From: Octopus sinensis
Taxonomy: Eukaryota
NCBI RefSeq assembly: GCF_006345805.1
Contig: NC_043001.1
Span: forward strand, 112,282,001 to 112,346,000
Direction of reading: 5' to 3'
DNA length: 64,000 nucleotides
The notes under the pieces were generated by a model. It was not told the origin of the DNA, ran no database searches, and saw nothing but the letters and a program-made list of their open reading frames with translations. Within the stretch, counting starts at the first letter, position 1, and each line of letters opens with the position of its first letter. Positions 13,510 through 25,957 of the stretch are shown here, piece by piece. The position numbers and the translations under genes were made by a program.

Positions 13510-14340
13510 AAAGAAGGGTGGGGGTAGGTAGGCTGTGTGGGTAGGGACACAGAGCGGAGAGGGGAAGGTTTAAGAGAAAGAAGGCGGAAGAGAGAGAGAG
13601 AGAGAGACTGGGAGAGAAAGAGGATAGTGGAGAGGGGATTTGATGAAGATATTGCGGAAAGAGAGATTAGGAGATTGGGAGAGAGGGAGAGACTGTTATT
13701 GGGAAATGATGAGAGAACGACAGCAAAAGTGAAAGACAGAGGAATAGGTGAAAAGAGATAGGAGTGTGTAGAAGACACATACAGGGTGAAAGGTATAAAG
13801 AAGAAAAGAGAGGGAATTGGTTGTGTGGCAGAATGAGAGAGACAGAGACAGGGAGAGGGGACAGATTGAGAGAGAGAGGGCGAGAGAGTGAGACAGGCAG
13901 ACAAAGACAGTGAGGGAAAGGGGAAGAGAAAATGAGTGTGTGTGATAGGGAGAAATATAGGAGAGGGAGAGAGAGTTATAAAAATAGTGATATAGAAAGG
14001 GTGGGCGAGTAAAGAAGGAAGGTGGTTGAGAGAGTGAGGCAGATAGGAAGAGAGATAGATTGAGGGAAAGATATAAAGAGAGATAAAGAAGCAAATTGAG
14101 AGAGAGGAAAGAGAAAGAGAGAAAAAGAGTGAGATGTAGTGAGCTTGAGTGAGAGGAATGACGGCGGGAGTTAGAGTAGAATGAAAAAAAACTAACGTGT
14201 ATGAGATAGGAGGAGGACAGAAAGTGGTATGTAATGAGTATACATGAAATAAGTGAGAGAGGAGACAGAGAGGGAGAGAGAGAGAAAGAGAGCGAGAGGT
14301 GGGGGGGGGAAAGAAAGAAAACAAGGAAATAAAAGAACTA
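13510..14340. repeat. ~830 bp polypurine (GA-rich) low-complexity tract
   Basis: Direct reading; source of the spurious 324 aa ORF. Confidence 0.92.
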
Positions 14341-14769
14341 ATGTGAAAAGAAATATAGAAAGCGAAAGTAGAGACAGATCAACAGATAGAGGGGTGGAGC
14401 GAGATTAAAAGGAGTTGAGAGGGGTGAAGTAGGAAGAAGAGTATGCTTGAGTGAGGAGGAAAAAATACGAGTAAACATGACAAAAAAAAAGGAACTAATC
14501 TAAGAAAAGAGAAGGAGAAAGAAAGAAGGGAAGGGTTGATGAAATTAATAAAAAATAAGGAAAAAGAATATTTTAATGGTGATTATTGAGAAATATTGTG
14601 GTAAGGTATGAGGGAAGGAAAAGACAGGATAAAAGCGGCAACGGAGAGGAGGAGGATGAGGATGAGGAGGTAAATCTAAGGTAGCTATGAGAAAAACACA
14701 CACACACACACGTATATATATATATATATATTACTGTATATATGTATAAGTGTGTGTGAGTGCATGGAT

Positions 14770-14804
<35 letters not shown>

Positions 14805-15009
14805 AGTATGGAGAATGTATAGGGAGAGACAGGGAGAGAGAGGGAGGAAGGGAGAGAGAGCAGTGAAATATGGAGAGACAGGGGGAAGCTATTAGAACCT
14901 TACTGCTGCTCCTCATAGCAAAACATGTCCCCATTAACAGGAAGAGAGAAATGGAACCCAAATACATCAAAGGAGAACGAAAATGCAAAGAAAAATAACC
15001 CCAAACAAA

Positions 15010-15353
<344 letters not shown>

Positions 15354-15934
15354 CAACAACAAAAGCGATAAATAATCATTAAACCAAGGTGGAAGGATGG
15401 GGTATTATTGTGAGGTGAAGGAAGGGTATTATTGTGAGGGGTCATTATTGCTGAGGTGAAAAACGGTGAATTTGTTGTGGTGGGTGGTTGGGTGGGTGGG
15501 GGATTTTCGCAGAGTAAAATAAGACTAATGGGGGGGGTAAATAATAATACAAGGTAAAAATGCTATGACGGTGTAGGTCATTACTGGAAGGTAAACGCAA
15601 GATGGCGGAATAAGGGTGTAGTTGTTGTTACTGTTGTTGTTGTTGTTGGTTGGTGGTGGTGGTGGTGGTGATTTCCCAAGTCCAGCTTTTATTGAACAGG
15701 GTTTTGATTAAAGCCATTCCAGACAAGACCATTTGTTTATTTAGTGTTATCTAATTTTTTACTTGTCACGTGATGTATCCCTGGTGGTCCACTACCAAAG
15801 GAGAAGTAGTCTCTTCTAGATTGAATTAAACTAAGGGCGGGTTTCGATATTTGAAATTTTCAATCAAAAAATATTTTGAAAGTACAAAAATATAAACATT
15901 TAATATTTCTTTCTCTTAAGGCAGCCAACAATTA

Positions 15935-16130
15935 GAATAGTTACCGCATCGAACAAAATGCTTAGCGGCATTTCGACCGTCTTTATGTTCTGAGTTCAAA
16001 TTCTACCTAGGTCCACCCTGTCTTTTTTATCCATTCGGGGTCGATAAAATAGGTACCAGTTGAGCAATAGGGTCGATGTAATTGACTTACTCCCTACCCC
16101 GATATTGCTGGCTATGTACCAGTTCGAGCA
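15935..16130 (+). mobile_element. SINE family B monomer, diverged
   Basis: GCTTAGCGGCATTTCG..TTCTGAGTTCAAATTC..TTCGGGGTCGATAAAATAGGTACCAGTTG. Confidence 0.8.
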
Positions 16131-16931
16131 TGATTTCGATGGACGAGAATTCTTCCGTGGTTTATTAAGGCACGACATATTCTATCGAAAGCAATCCTTA
16201 AAAGTTGAAATTACTGTCAGTTGATTACAGAAGTGATTGCTTGATTCATAAAATTTCATAATGAACAGTTCCTACCAAACTCTAAATACTTTTTTTTTCT
16301 GCATTAAGTCCTTCTGGTCGATGTGGTACAAGGTTTAGCTTTATCTTGATAGTAAAATTAAAAAAAAGTTTCTCACCTCTAGTCACGACCCGCTTTACAA
16401 TCACTGCTTGGGAGTTACGTGAATAGAGCGATTCACTACAGTCAAACGTTTGTTGAGGATTTGCTGTTGAAAGAACATAAGAAATCAGTTTCTCTTACTT
16501 TGTAAATTTTTCTGACATGAATAGATTATGAATCGGTCAAAATGGTGACATAAGATTCAGAGAAAATCTCTCTCCCTCTCTCTCATGCACACACACACAC
16601 ACGCATGCACATAGGATCACACACACACTCACTCAATCACTCACTGTCACAACAAGAGTACTTGCAAATTGTTGAATCGAGGATATTGGTATCCAATTCG
16701 GAATGATTTCCTGATCAAAGCTTATAAATCAAATTTGTCAGAATTTTTAAAAACCACCTTCAAAAAGTTTTTTTATTCAGAGTACCTTTACCATAAAATT
16801 TTTGAACATTTTTGACGACATCGTTTGCATTACAAGCTGGTTGAAACTCGTAAAGTAAGTGATGTGTGTGAGTTTTTGGTTGGTTCCAAGATGAATTATT
16901 ATTATAGAAACTTTATTTATTGAAATAATTT

Positions 16932-17130
16932 AAGGCGGCGAACTGGAAGAATCTTTAGCAGGCCAGGTGAAATGCTCAGCGGCATTTCGTCTGTCTTTAT
17001 TTTATGAGTTCAAGTTCCGCCGAGGTCGACTTTGCCTTTCAGGGTCGATGAAAATAAGTACCAGTTGACCAATAGGCTCGATGCAATCAATCCCCGAAAA
17101 TGCTGGCCTTGTGCCAAAATGGGAAATCAG
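16932..17130 (+). mobile_element. SINE family B monomer
   Basis: AAGGCGGCGAACTGG..GAGTTCAAGTTCCGCCGAGGTCGACTTTGCCTTTCA..GGTCGATGAAAATAAGTACCAG. Confidence 0.85.
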
Positions 17131-18042
17131 TATACTGAAATATGTTTGTCGCTCAACAGAAGTCATTACGAAATGAGTATATATCAATTAATAGCACCAA
17201 TATCGATAGCGTTTACAAAAAAAAACAAGTTTCAACATTTTCAAACTAGTAATCGGGACGAACTTCTTATATAACCTTATACATACATACATACATACAT
17301 GCATACATACACACACATCCATGGATGACTACATATAGGAATGAATATATGTATGCTTGTTTTTGATGCGCCAACATGGCCAAAATCTTAAAAGACGAAT
17401 ATAAATATACGGGATGCTAGAACTTCGTGAGAGAAGAAAAGTAACTTTAGAGAAAGCAACAGGGATATATATATATATACATACATATATAAATACATAT
17501 ACATATATACATATATACATAAATATGTCTGAAAAACTACCACAAACAGAGCGAATGAACAAATTAAAATCAATGAAAGAAGGAAAATTATTGAAATTAA
17601 TTAAAAAAAGAATTAAAAGAAAAGAATATAACCCTCCTTTTTGTCACTTGTAAATTGTTATTTTTTCTTTTGAGATTTATCAAATTAAAACGAGATTTTG
17701 GTGAGTGTTCTTGTCTTTAACTGATGCCACTGGGAGAAAATGACCAAAAATCAAAGAAATCGATGCTTTCTTGCAATCAAAAGCATCTCTGTTCTACTGT
17801 GAACTTGCATGATTTTCTTTTAACATTTATAGTTTTTCTTAATTATCACCATATTCATTGCTCATTATAAATTGCTCTTGGTGTCGTTAATGCTGCAGTC
17901 ACGACTTTTATTTTAATTATGGCTGTCCTGAAATATTGCTGTCCGTTCCTATAACTACTTACTATTCGATTTATGTTCGACTATTTTTTGTTTCATTTTC
18001 CATTTATTCCCTCTTCTGTTCCTCTGTCACCCGCTCTCTCGC

Positions 18043-18860
<818 letters not shown>

Positions 18861-19275
18861 CGGAATTTCCCCTTAACATTTTTTTCCTTTCCTCACATTT
18901 GCTCCTCCCTCGAGATCATAACTTCATGATCGATTTTTTTCAAAATATTGATTAATAACCCGGTATAAAATAACATTCCCATCCACCCATTTTGACACCC
19001 ACCAAGCACTTTTCTCTTAACACCCGATAAGCCTTTGTTCATTGACACCCGTTTGTCACCTCCCACTAGTTACCTGCTATTGATTAAGAGTTCTTGATTA
19101 AATTTCCGGCTTTTGGCTTCATTTTTCTTTTGACATGTCTTCTTTCAGAGAAAATGAGTATCTCGAAGATGTTTGGCACTTTATTAATGCAAAACACATC
19201 CGAGTAACGTAAAGACGGTGTTCTGATGTGCAACAGATAATAATAATAATAATAATAATGATGATAATAATAATG

Positions 19276-19306
<31 letters not shown>

Positions 19307-19307
<1 letters not shown>

Positions 19308-19834
19308 TCTCATGGCTTCTGATCTTAACTGATTGGAAGTGTTATCATGTACATTGTTTTGTCTTGGTATAAAAGATGGGCTACAGCAAATATTCTGCTC
19401 AATACCACAGATTTGCTTGTCAGTTGTTTGACCTTAACCAGTTGAGCATGTCCCTTAGTGGCTGGCGATACGTGCATCTCTGATCCCGAGCAGAAGTAGT
19501 GGGGGAGCATCATAGCCATGTGTTGAGAGGGATTCTTTGGGGTTTGAATAATTCACCTTTGGAAACAGGGGTGGTTCTTTCAACATCCTTAAACAACCCT
19601 TATTCAGGGACCTTTTGAGCGGGATGGGCTACTCGACCTGTAGAAATTTCTAACTGGGCCCCACCTGCAAGGTCATGCGCTGTTTACCTTGATATAAGAT
19701 CACCATGTCGCGCACATATGGTTGTGATGCATGTGCCTAGTGTACCCTTATCAGACGGGTAGTCATGATGGGTATATTGGGCTTCGTATATTTTACCCCA
19801 GTGTCACTTTGATGGCATGAACTGCTCTCTCACT
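19307..19834 (+). mobile_element. ~530 bp noncoding (AAT)n-tailed retroelement, copy 1
   Basis: Highly similar to 20043-20551, the reverse complement of 24574-25103 and 36816-36913; common end CTGCTCTCTCACT followed by (AAT)n. Confidence 0.88.
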
Positions 19835-19835
19835 A

Positions 19836-19897
<62 letters not shown>

Positions 19898-19898
19898 C

Positions 19899-19932
<34 letters not shown>

Positions 19933-20008
19933 TTAATATTATAATAATAATAATATAATAATATAATATAATAAAAAATAATAATAGTAATAATATATAA
20001 TAATATAA

Positions 20009-20042
<34 letters not shown>

Positions 20043-20551
20043 GCCCTGATGCAGTACCAGACAGTGGCTCTCATGGCTCTTGATCTTAACTGATTGGAAG
20101 TGTTATCATGTACATTGTTTTGTCTTGGTGTAAAAGATGGGCTACAGCAAATATTCTGGTCAATACCACAGATTTGCTGACGATATGTGCATCTCTGATC
20201 ATGAGCAGAAGTAACGGGGGAGTATTATAGCCGTGTGTTGAAAGGAATTCTTAGAGGTTTGGATAATTCATCTTTGGAAACATTGGTGGTTCGTTCAACA
20301 TCCTTAAACAATCCTTATTTAGGGACCTTTTGAGCGGGATAGGCTACTCGACCTGAAGAAAATTCTAACTGGGTCCCGCCTGCAAGCTCATGCGCAGTTT
20401 ATCATGATATGAGATCACCATGTCGCGCACATATGATTGTGATGCATGTGCCTGGTGTACCCTTATCAGACAGGTACTCATGATGGGTATAGCGGGCTTC
20501 GTGTAATTGTACACCAGTGTCACTTTGATGGTATGCACTGCTCTCTCACTG
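20043..20551 (+). mobile_element. ~530 bp (AAT)n-tailed element, copy 2 (small internal deletion)
   Basis: Head-to-tail with copy 1 across an (AAT)/(GAT) array. Confidence 0.88.
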
Positions 20552-20582
20552 AATAATAACAACAACAACAACAATAATAATG

Positions 20583-20632
<50 letters not shown>

Positions 20633-20644
20633 TAATAATAATAA

Positions 20645-20830
20645 TTAGAAGAGACAGAAGAAGACGGAAGAAAAGAAGACGGAAGAAGAGAAGAAGAAGA
20701 AGAAAAAGAAGAAAAGAAGAAGAAGAAAGAAGAAGAAGAAGAAGAAGACGAAGAAGAAGAGAAGAGAAAAGAAGAAGAAGAAGAAGAAGAAGAAGAAGAA
20801 GAAGAAGAAGGAGAAAGAAGAAGCGAACGA
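20645..20830. repeat. (GAA)n-rich microsatellite
   Basis: Direct reading. Confidence 0.93.
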
Positions 20831-20887
20831 AAACATAAAAGAAACAAACATGGAAAAATGTTCCTTGTAATATTATTCCAAACTAGA

Positions 20888-21100
20888 GCGGTGAGCTGGC
20901 AGACTCGTTAGCACACTGGGTAAAATATACGCGGCATTTCGTAGGCATTTTTATTCTGAGTTCAAATTCTGCTGAGATCGACTTTATCTTTCATCGTTTT
21001 TGGGGTCGGTAAAATAAGTACTAGTTGAGTATTGGGGTCGATGTAACCGGCTTATCCTCTCACTTGAAATTACTGTCCTTGTTTCAAAATTTGAAATCCA
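20888..21100 (+). mobile_element. SINE family B monomer
   Basis: GCGGTGAGCTGGCAGACTCGTTAGCAC..TCTGAGTTCAAATTC..GGGGTCGGTAAAATAAGTAC. Confidence 0.82.
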
Positions 21101-21215
21101 TAATTTTCCTTATTGTGAAATTGAAGTATCACCAAAGACAAAATGATATAAGTACTAACAAAAGATGAAGGTATCCTAGAGAATTGGAATTTAAGAGCGG
21201 GTTATATGGTTGTAA

Positions 21216-21723
21216 GTGGAGGCGCGTGGCTTAGTGGTTAGGTTGTCAGTATCACGATCGTAAAATTGTGATTTCGATTCCTGGACCGGGCGACGCGTTG
21301 TGTTCTTGAGCAAAACACTTATTTCACGTTGCTCCATTCCCCTCAGCTGGCTAAAATGAGTAACGCTGCGATAGACTGGCGTCCCGTCCAGCTGGGGAAC
21401 ACACACGCCATTGAAACCGGGAAACCGGGCCCATGAGCTTGGCTAGGCTTTAAAAGGGCGAAGTGGAGGCGCGTGGCTTAGTGGTTAGGGTGTCAGCATC
21501 ATGATCGTAAGATTGTGGTTTCGATTCCTGGACCGGGTGACGCGTTGTGTTCTTGAGCAAAACACTTCATTTCACGTTGCTCCAGTCTATTCAGCTGGCA
21601 AAAATAGTAACGCTGCGATGGACTGGCGTCCTGTCCAGCTGGGGAACACATATGCCATTGAAACCGGGAAACCGGGTCCATGAGACGGGCTAGGCTTTAA
21701 AAGGGCGCATTTATTTTTTATTA
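21216..21723 (+). mobile_element. Head-to-tail dimer of tRNA/CORE SINE family C with 14 bp TSD
   Basis: Two ~245 bp units starting GTGGAGGCGCGTGGCTTAGTGGTTAGG (21216, 21463); TTATATGGTTGTAA at 21202-21215 and 21724-21737. Confidence 0.92.
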
Positions 21724-22489
21724 TTATATGGTTGTAAACCATAATCAAGCAACACATTGGAGACATGTAAATTATATATTAAAGCGACGGACACTACAAT
21801 AAAACGAATCATAATATACCAAATAAAATAAATTTAAAATAAATTAAATTTCGAAAAACAAAAACAAAAACGCAGCCTAATGAATTAAAAGTGAAATTAA
21901 AATTCTGAAACCAGGAAAAAGATAAAAAGGAAAAGGAATTTACCCAGGAGGCTAAAGAGATTCCAATTGCAATTGTTAATTTATTCAATATTGATTTTAA
22001 CTATCCTTTATTATTCTCTTTTTGTTTTGTCTTTAGAAATCTTTTAAAATCAAAAAAAAGCATACAAAAAAAAAAAAAAAAGCAAAACGTATTTATGCTT
22101 TTTGCTACGATTTCTTTGTTTTGTTCTGTGCTTTAAATGTTTTGAAGCAACAACGACCGGAACACAACGACAACAGCGACATCAATGACGAACAACGATA
22201 CGAAAGGACTAAAAAATCCTCATCATCATTATCATCATCATTGTTGTCGTCGCCGTCATTGTCGCCGTCGTTATCGTCGCCGTCTTCATCGTCGTCGTCA
22301 TCGTCATCATCATTACATTTTTTTTTCTTCTATCATTTTATTCTATGTAAATCCCCCACACTTTATGTCCATCTTTTCATGTCCCCTTCAAGAGTCACCC
22401 TGATGCCAAATAAAGAAACCAACACCACTACCACCACTATCATCATCATCATCATCATCATCTTTATTATTGTTATTTTTCTTTTTATC

Positions 22490-22632
22490 TAAGGCTTTTT
22501 TGGAACTCTTGGAGTCTTGCATGCGTAGCGGGATTGCGGCCTGCAGCCTATGGTACCATGCTATCTGCTCTTTTTTCAACTATACAATATTTTCATGATT
22601 ATTCTGGTCGTACCAAGGACGCAAGCCTTTAT
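22490..22632 (-). mobile_element. R4/Dong-type LINE extreme 3' end
   Basis: Minus strand ..ACVLGTTRIIMKILYS*, the typical C-terminal motif, then short UTR and AAT/GAT tail. Confidence 0.65.
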
Positions 22633-22661
22633 CATTATTATTATCGTTATTATCATTATTA

Positions 22662-22895
22662 AGGCGGCGAGCTGGCAGAAACGTTAGCACGTCGGACGAA
22701 ATGCTTAGCGGTATTTCGTCTGCCGCTACGTTCTGAGTTCAAATTCTACCGAGATCGACTTTGCCTTTCATCCTTTCGGGGTCGATAAATTAAGCACCAG
22801 TTACGCACTGGGGTCGATATAATCGACTTAATCCGTTTGTCTGTCCTTGTTTGTCCTCTCTGTGTTTAGCCCCTTGTGGGTAGTAAAGAAAGTAT
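22662..22895 (+). mobile_element. SINE family B (head + core + linker)
   Basis: AAGGCGGCGAGCTGGCAGAAACGTTAGCACG..GCCTTTCATCCTTTCGGGGTCGATAAATTAAG..GCCCCTTGTGGGTAGTAAAGAAA. Confidence 0.92.
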
Positions 22896-22924
22896 ACACC
22901 GTATAGGTATTGAAAGTATACACC

Positions 22925-23190
22925 TATTCAACGAGGGAACTGACTTGGGATTCATCTTCAACGTAAAGTTTGAGGTCGTCCTTGAAAAAAAAATGGTCGA
23001 CTTTTTGTTGGCGGCTTTTGAATACATACGTAGCCTTTGCTTTCCTCAGAATCAGTGTGAGTGGCATCATGCCAGTACAAACTTCTTCCATATGCTGTCA
23101 TTTCCGTTCTCCACTTCGCCATACTTTTTCCAAGCAATCGCTCAACATTCGTTGCAATACAAAATAAGTTCATACATTCCATAATCCAAA
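22925..23190 (-). pseudogene. R4/Dong-type RT core fragment
   Basis: Minus strand MPLTLILRKAKATYVFKSRQQKVDHFFFKDDLKLYVEDESQVSSLV (catalytic DD region) preceded by ..KSMAKWRTEM.. Confidence 0.78.
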
Positions 23191-23194
23191 AATG

Positions 23195-23805
23195 TTATTA
23201 TTATTATTCAGTAGTTCTATTTTTATTGCGTGCTTTCACTTCACTACTGAGCGCAGCTTTGTGTGCCTTGGGTATGTGCTGTAGTTTGCTGTGATGCTCT
23301 TATAGTTACTGTATTGAAAGCGTTTTGTGTAGGATCTGTGCAGTGCCCAGTAGTGCAATTTTCTGTATGTTATATATATTTGTAAGTCCTGGTGTTTTTG
23401 TTATATATTTATCTGAATATTTTTTTTATCATACCTAATGCTCCTACTATGATAGGAATTGTTTCTGTTTTTAGATTCCACATTCGAGTTACCTATATTT
23501 CCAGGTCTTTTATTTTGAAAGTTTCTCCATTTCTTTTAGAGAAACGTTGTCATCTGCTGGTATTGATACATCAATCAGAAAGCATTTTTTTCCTCATGAT
23601 CTCTGACAACTATATCTGGCCTATTGGCCTTAATTTCTTTATCTGTGTGAAGGGGCATATCCCAGAATATGGTTGCTTTCTCGTTTTCTGTGACCTTTTC
23701 TGGCGTGTGCCTATACCATCTTTTTTCTGTTGTTATTCCATAGCGTTGGCATAACTTCCAGTCTTTGTAGGTCCCAACTCTGTCGTGTTAGTGAATATAT
23801 TCCTT
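23195..23805 (-). mobile_element. R4/Dong-type LINE, 5'-truncated copy A (RLE domain + 3' UTR + (AAT)n)
   Basis: HDRVG..WKLCQRYG..TIFWDMPLHTDKEIKANRPDIVV..CFLIDVSIPADDNVSLKEMEKLS..TIPIIVGALG..IQKIALLGTAQILHKTL*; PD-(D/E)xK-type motifs. Confidence 0.92.
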
Positions 23806-23856
23806 CTTAGGAATATATTCACAGACACAGAAAATAAGGAAGAATATATTCTTCCT

Positions 23857-24558
23857 TATTATTATTATTATCTTCCCGACTCCTAGGGCAAAGAAACTCA
23901 TAGTATACATTGTTAGGCCATTAAACCAAACTCAGTAGTTCGTTCATTTTTTTTTCTTTTTTTTTTAAAGTTAAATTAAAATACATGAGCAGCAACAGTT
24001 CTCACATCGACAATGCTCTTCTCAATACGTGTGATGTACCAGTTAAGACAATCTTTTGCACTTCTTGCAGGGATGGTAAGCCAGGGATCATTCTCATATA
24101 ATTTCGGTTCCCTTCTTGATCATTCCTAGTGCTCCTACGATCACTGGTATTGTAACCGCCTTGAGATGCCACATTTTCTCAATTTCAATGAGTAGGTCTT
24201 TATATTTTCTGAGCTTGTCAAACTCTTTCGCTGAGATATTATGATCACAGGGGATGCTCATGTCGATCAATAAGCAAACTTTATTGTTTTGGTCTTTCAC
24301 AACATATCTGGTTTATTGGCCTTGATGGTTCGGTCTGTATGTACTGGAAAGTCCCACGAATGGTTACATTTTCTCCTTCAGTTACAGCCTCAGGGTGGTG
24401 ATTAATACCACTTGTTGTCGGCAGTTTTGATTTGTAATGGCCGACTTATTAGCCAGTGGAGATTTTGGCCAACTCTGTCATGTCTAATTTATACTCCACT
24501 GGTGCTAAGACTTTACATCCAGAGATTAGGTGGTCCACTGTTTCAATCATGTCGTTGC
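23857..24558 (-). mobile_element. R4/Dong-type LINE, 5'-truncated copy B (CCHC end + RLE + 3' UTR + (AAT)n)
   Basis: ETVDHLISGCKVLAPVEY..HDRVGQ..KANKPD..VCLLIDMSIPCDHNISAKEFDKLRKYKDL..TIPVIVGALG..VQKIVLTGTSHVLRRAL*. Confidence 0.92.
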
Positions 24559-24573
24559 ATTATTATTATTATT

Positions 24574-25103
24574 GAGTGAGCGAGCAGAGCATGCCATCGA
24601 AGTGACACACTGGGGTAAAATATACGAAGCCCAGTATACCCATCATGACCACCCGTCCGATAAGGGCACACCAGGCACATGCATCACACCATATGTGCGC
24701 GACATGGTGATCTCATATCAAGATAAACAGCACATGACCTTGCAGGTGAGAGCCCAGTTAGAATTTTCTTCAGATCGAGTAACCCATCCCGCTCAAAAGG
24801 TCCCTGAATAAGGCTTGTTCAAGGATGTTGAACGAAACACCCATGTCTCCAGAGGTGGAATTATTCAAACCCCAAAGAATCCTTCTCAACACATGGCTAT
24901 GATGCTCCCCCACTACTTCTACTTCTTGCTCGTCGTGATCAGAGATGCACATATCGTCAGCCACTAGGGACATGCTCAACTGGTTAAGGTCAAACAACTG
25001 ACAAGCAAATCTGTGGTATTGAGCAGAATATTTGCTTAGCCCATCTTTTATACCAAGACAAACAATGTACATGATAACACTTCCAATCAGTTAAGATCAG
25101 AAG
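24574..25103 (-). mobile_element. ~530 bp (AAT)n-tailed element, copy 3
   Basis: Reverse complement of 19307-19834, flanked by (TTA)n on both sides. Confidence 0.88.
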
Positions 25104-25106
25104 TTA

Positions 25107-25200
<94 letters not shown>

Positions 25201-25359
25201 ATTATTATTATTATTATTCTATATGTATGTTTGCTACAATCACTAGTCGAGACACACCCTGCGTCCAAGGGCGAGTGAAGTATAAGAGATGTTACAGCAT
25301 GACTGAAAGCTTGGGTAGAGCAGTTGCGAAATATCTTCATGGAATACAACACTGGCAGC

Positions 25360-25570
25360 AAATTGACAGAATTGTTACCACGCTGGACAAAATGCTTACC
25401 TGCTATTCGTCCGTTTTCATGTTCTGATTTCAAATTCCGCCGAGGTCGACTTCGCTTTCTATACTCTTGGGCTTGATAAAATATGTACCATAAAAGCACT
25501 GGGGCCGATTTAATTAACTTCTTCTTTCACCCATAATTTAAGGCTTTGTGCCTATAACAAAAAAGGATCA
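25360..25570 (+). mobile_element. SINE family B monomer, diverged
   Basis: CTGGCAGCAAATTGACAGAATTGTTACCACGC..TTCAAATTCCGCCGAGGTCGACTTCGC. Confidence 0.75.
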
Positions 25571-25601
25571 TTATAAGAAGGAAAGACGACTATTATTTCG
25601 C

Positions 25602-25635
<34 letters not shown>

Positions 25636-25903
25636 CAATTTAAAAATAATTGTATATTGAAAAAGATTTTACTATCTCAGTTTAAAGGTAACAAAAAATA
25701 ATTTTTTCTGTTTGTGTTTTTCTTCATTATTTTGCTAAAACATTGAGGGTCCTCGTGGACCCTAAATGAAATCATCATCATCACTATCACCACCACCACC
25801 ACCACCAATATCATCATCGTCATCATAGTCTTCAACATCCTCACAACCAGCATCATCATTGTCGTCGTCGTCTCCCTCTTCCACCTCTTCCTCCTCCTCA
25901 TTA

Positions 25904-25957
<54 letters not shown>

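Noticed and set aside
13350-14324. 324 aa minus-strand ORF as a whole
   Set aside because: About 830 nt of it is CT low-complexity sequence; only the last 149 nt are kept as a weak exon candidate.
21216-21290. tRNA-like sequence (also at 21463, 48551 and 1-172)
   Set aside because: These are SINE heads with A/B boxes running into SINE bodies, with no complete cloverleaf, so they are not tRNA genes.
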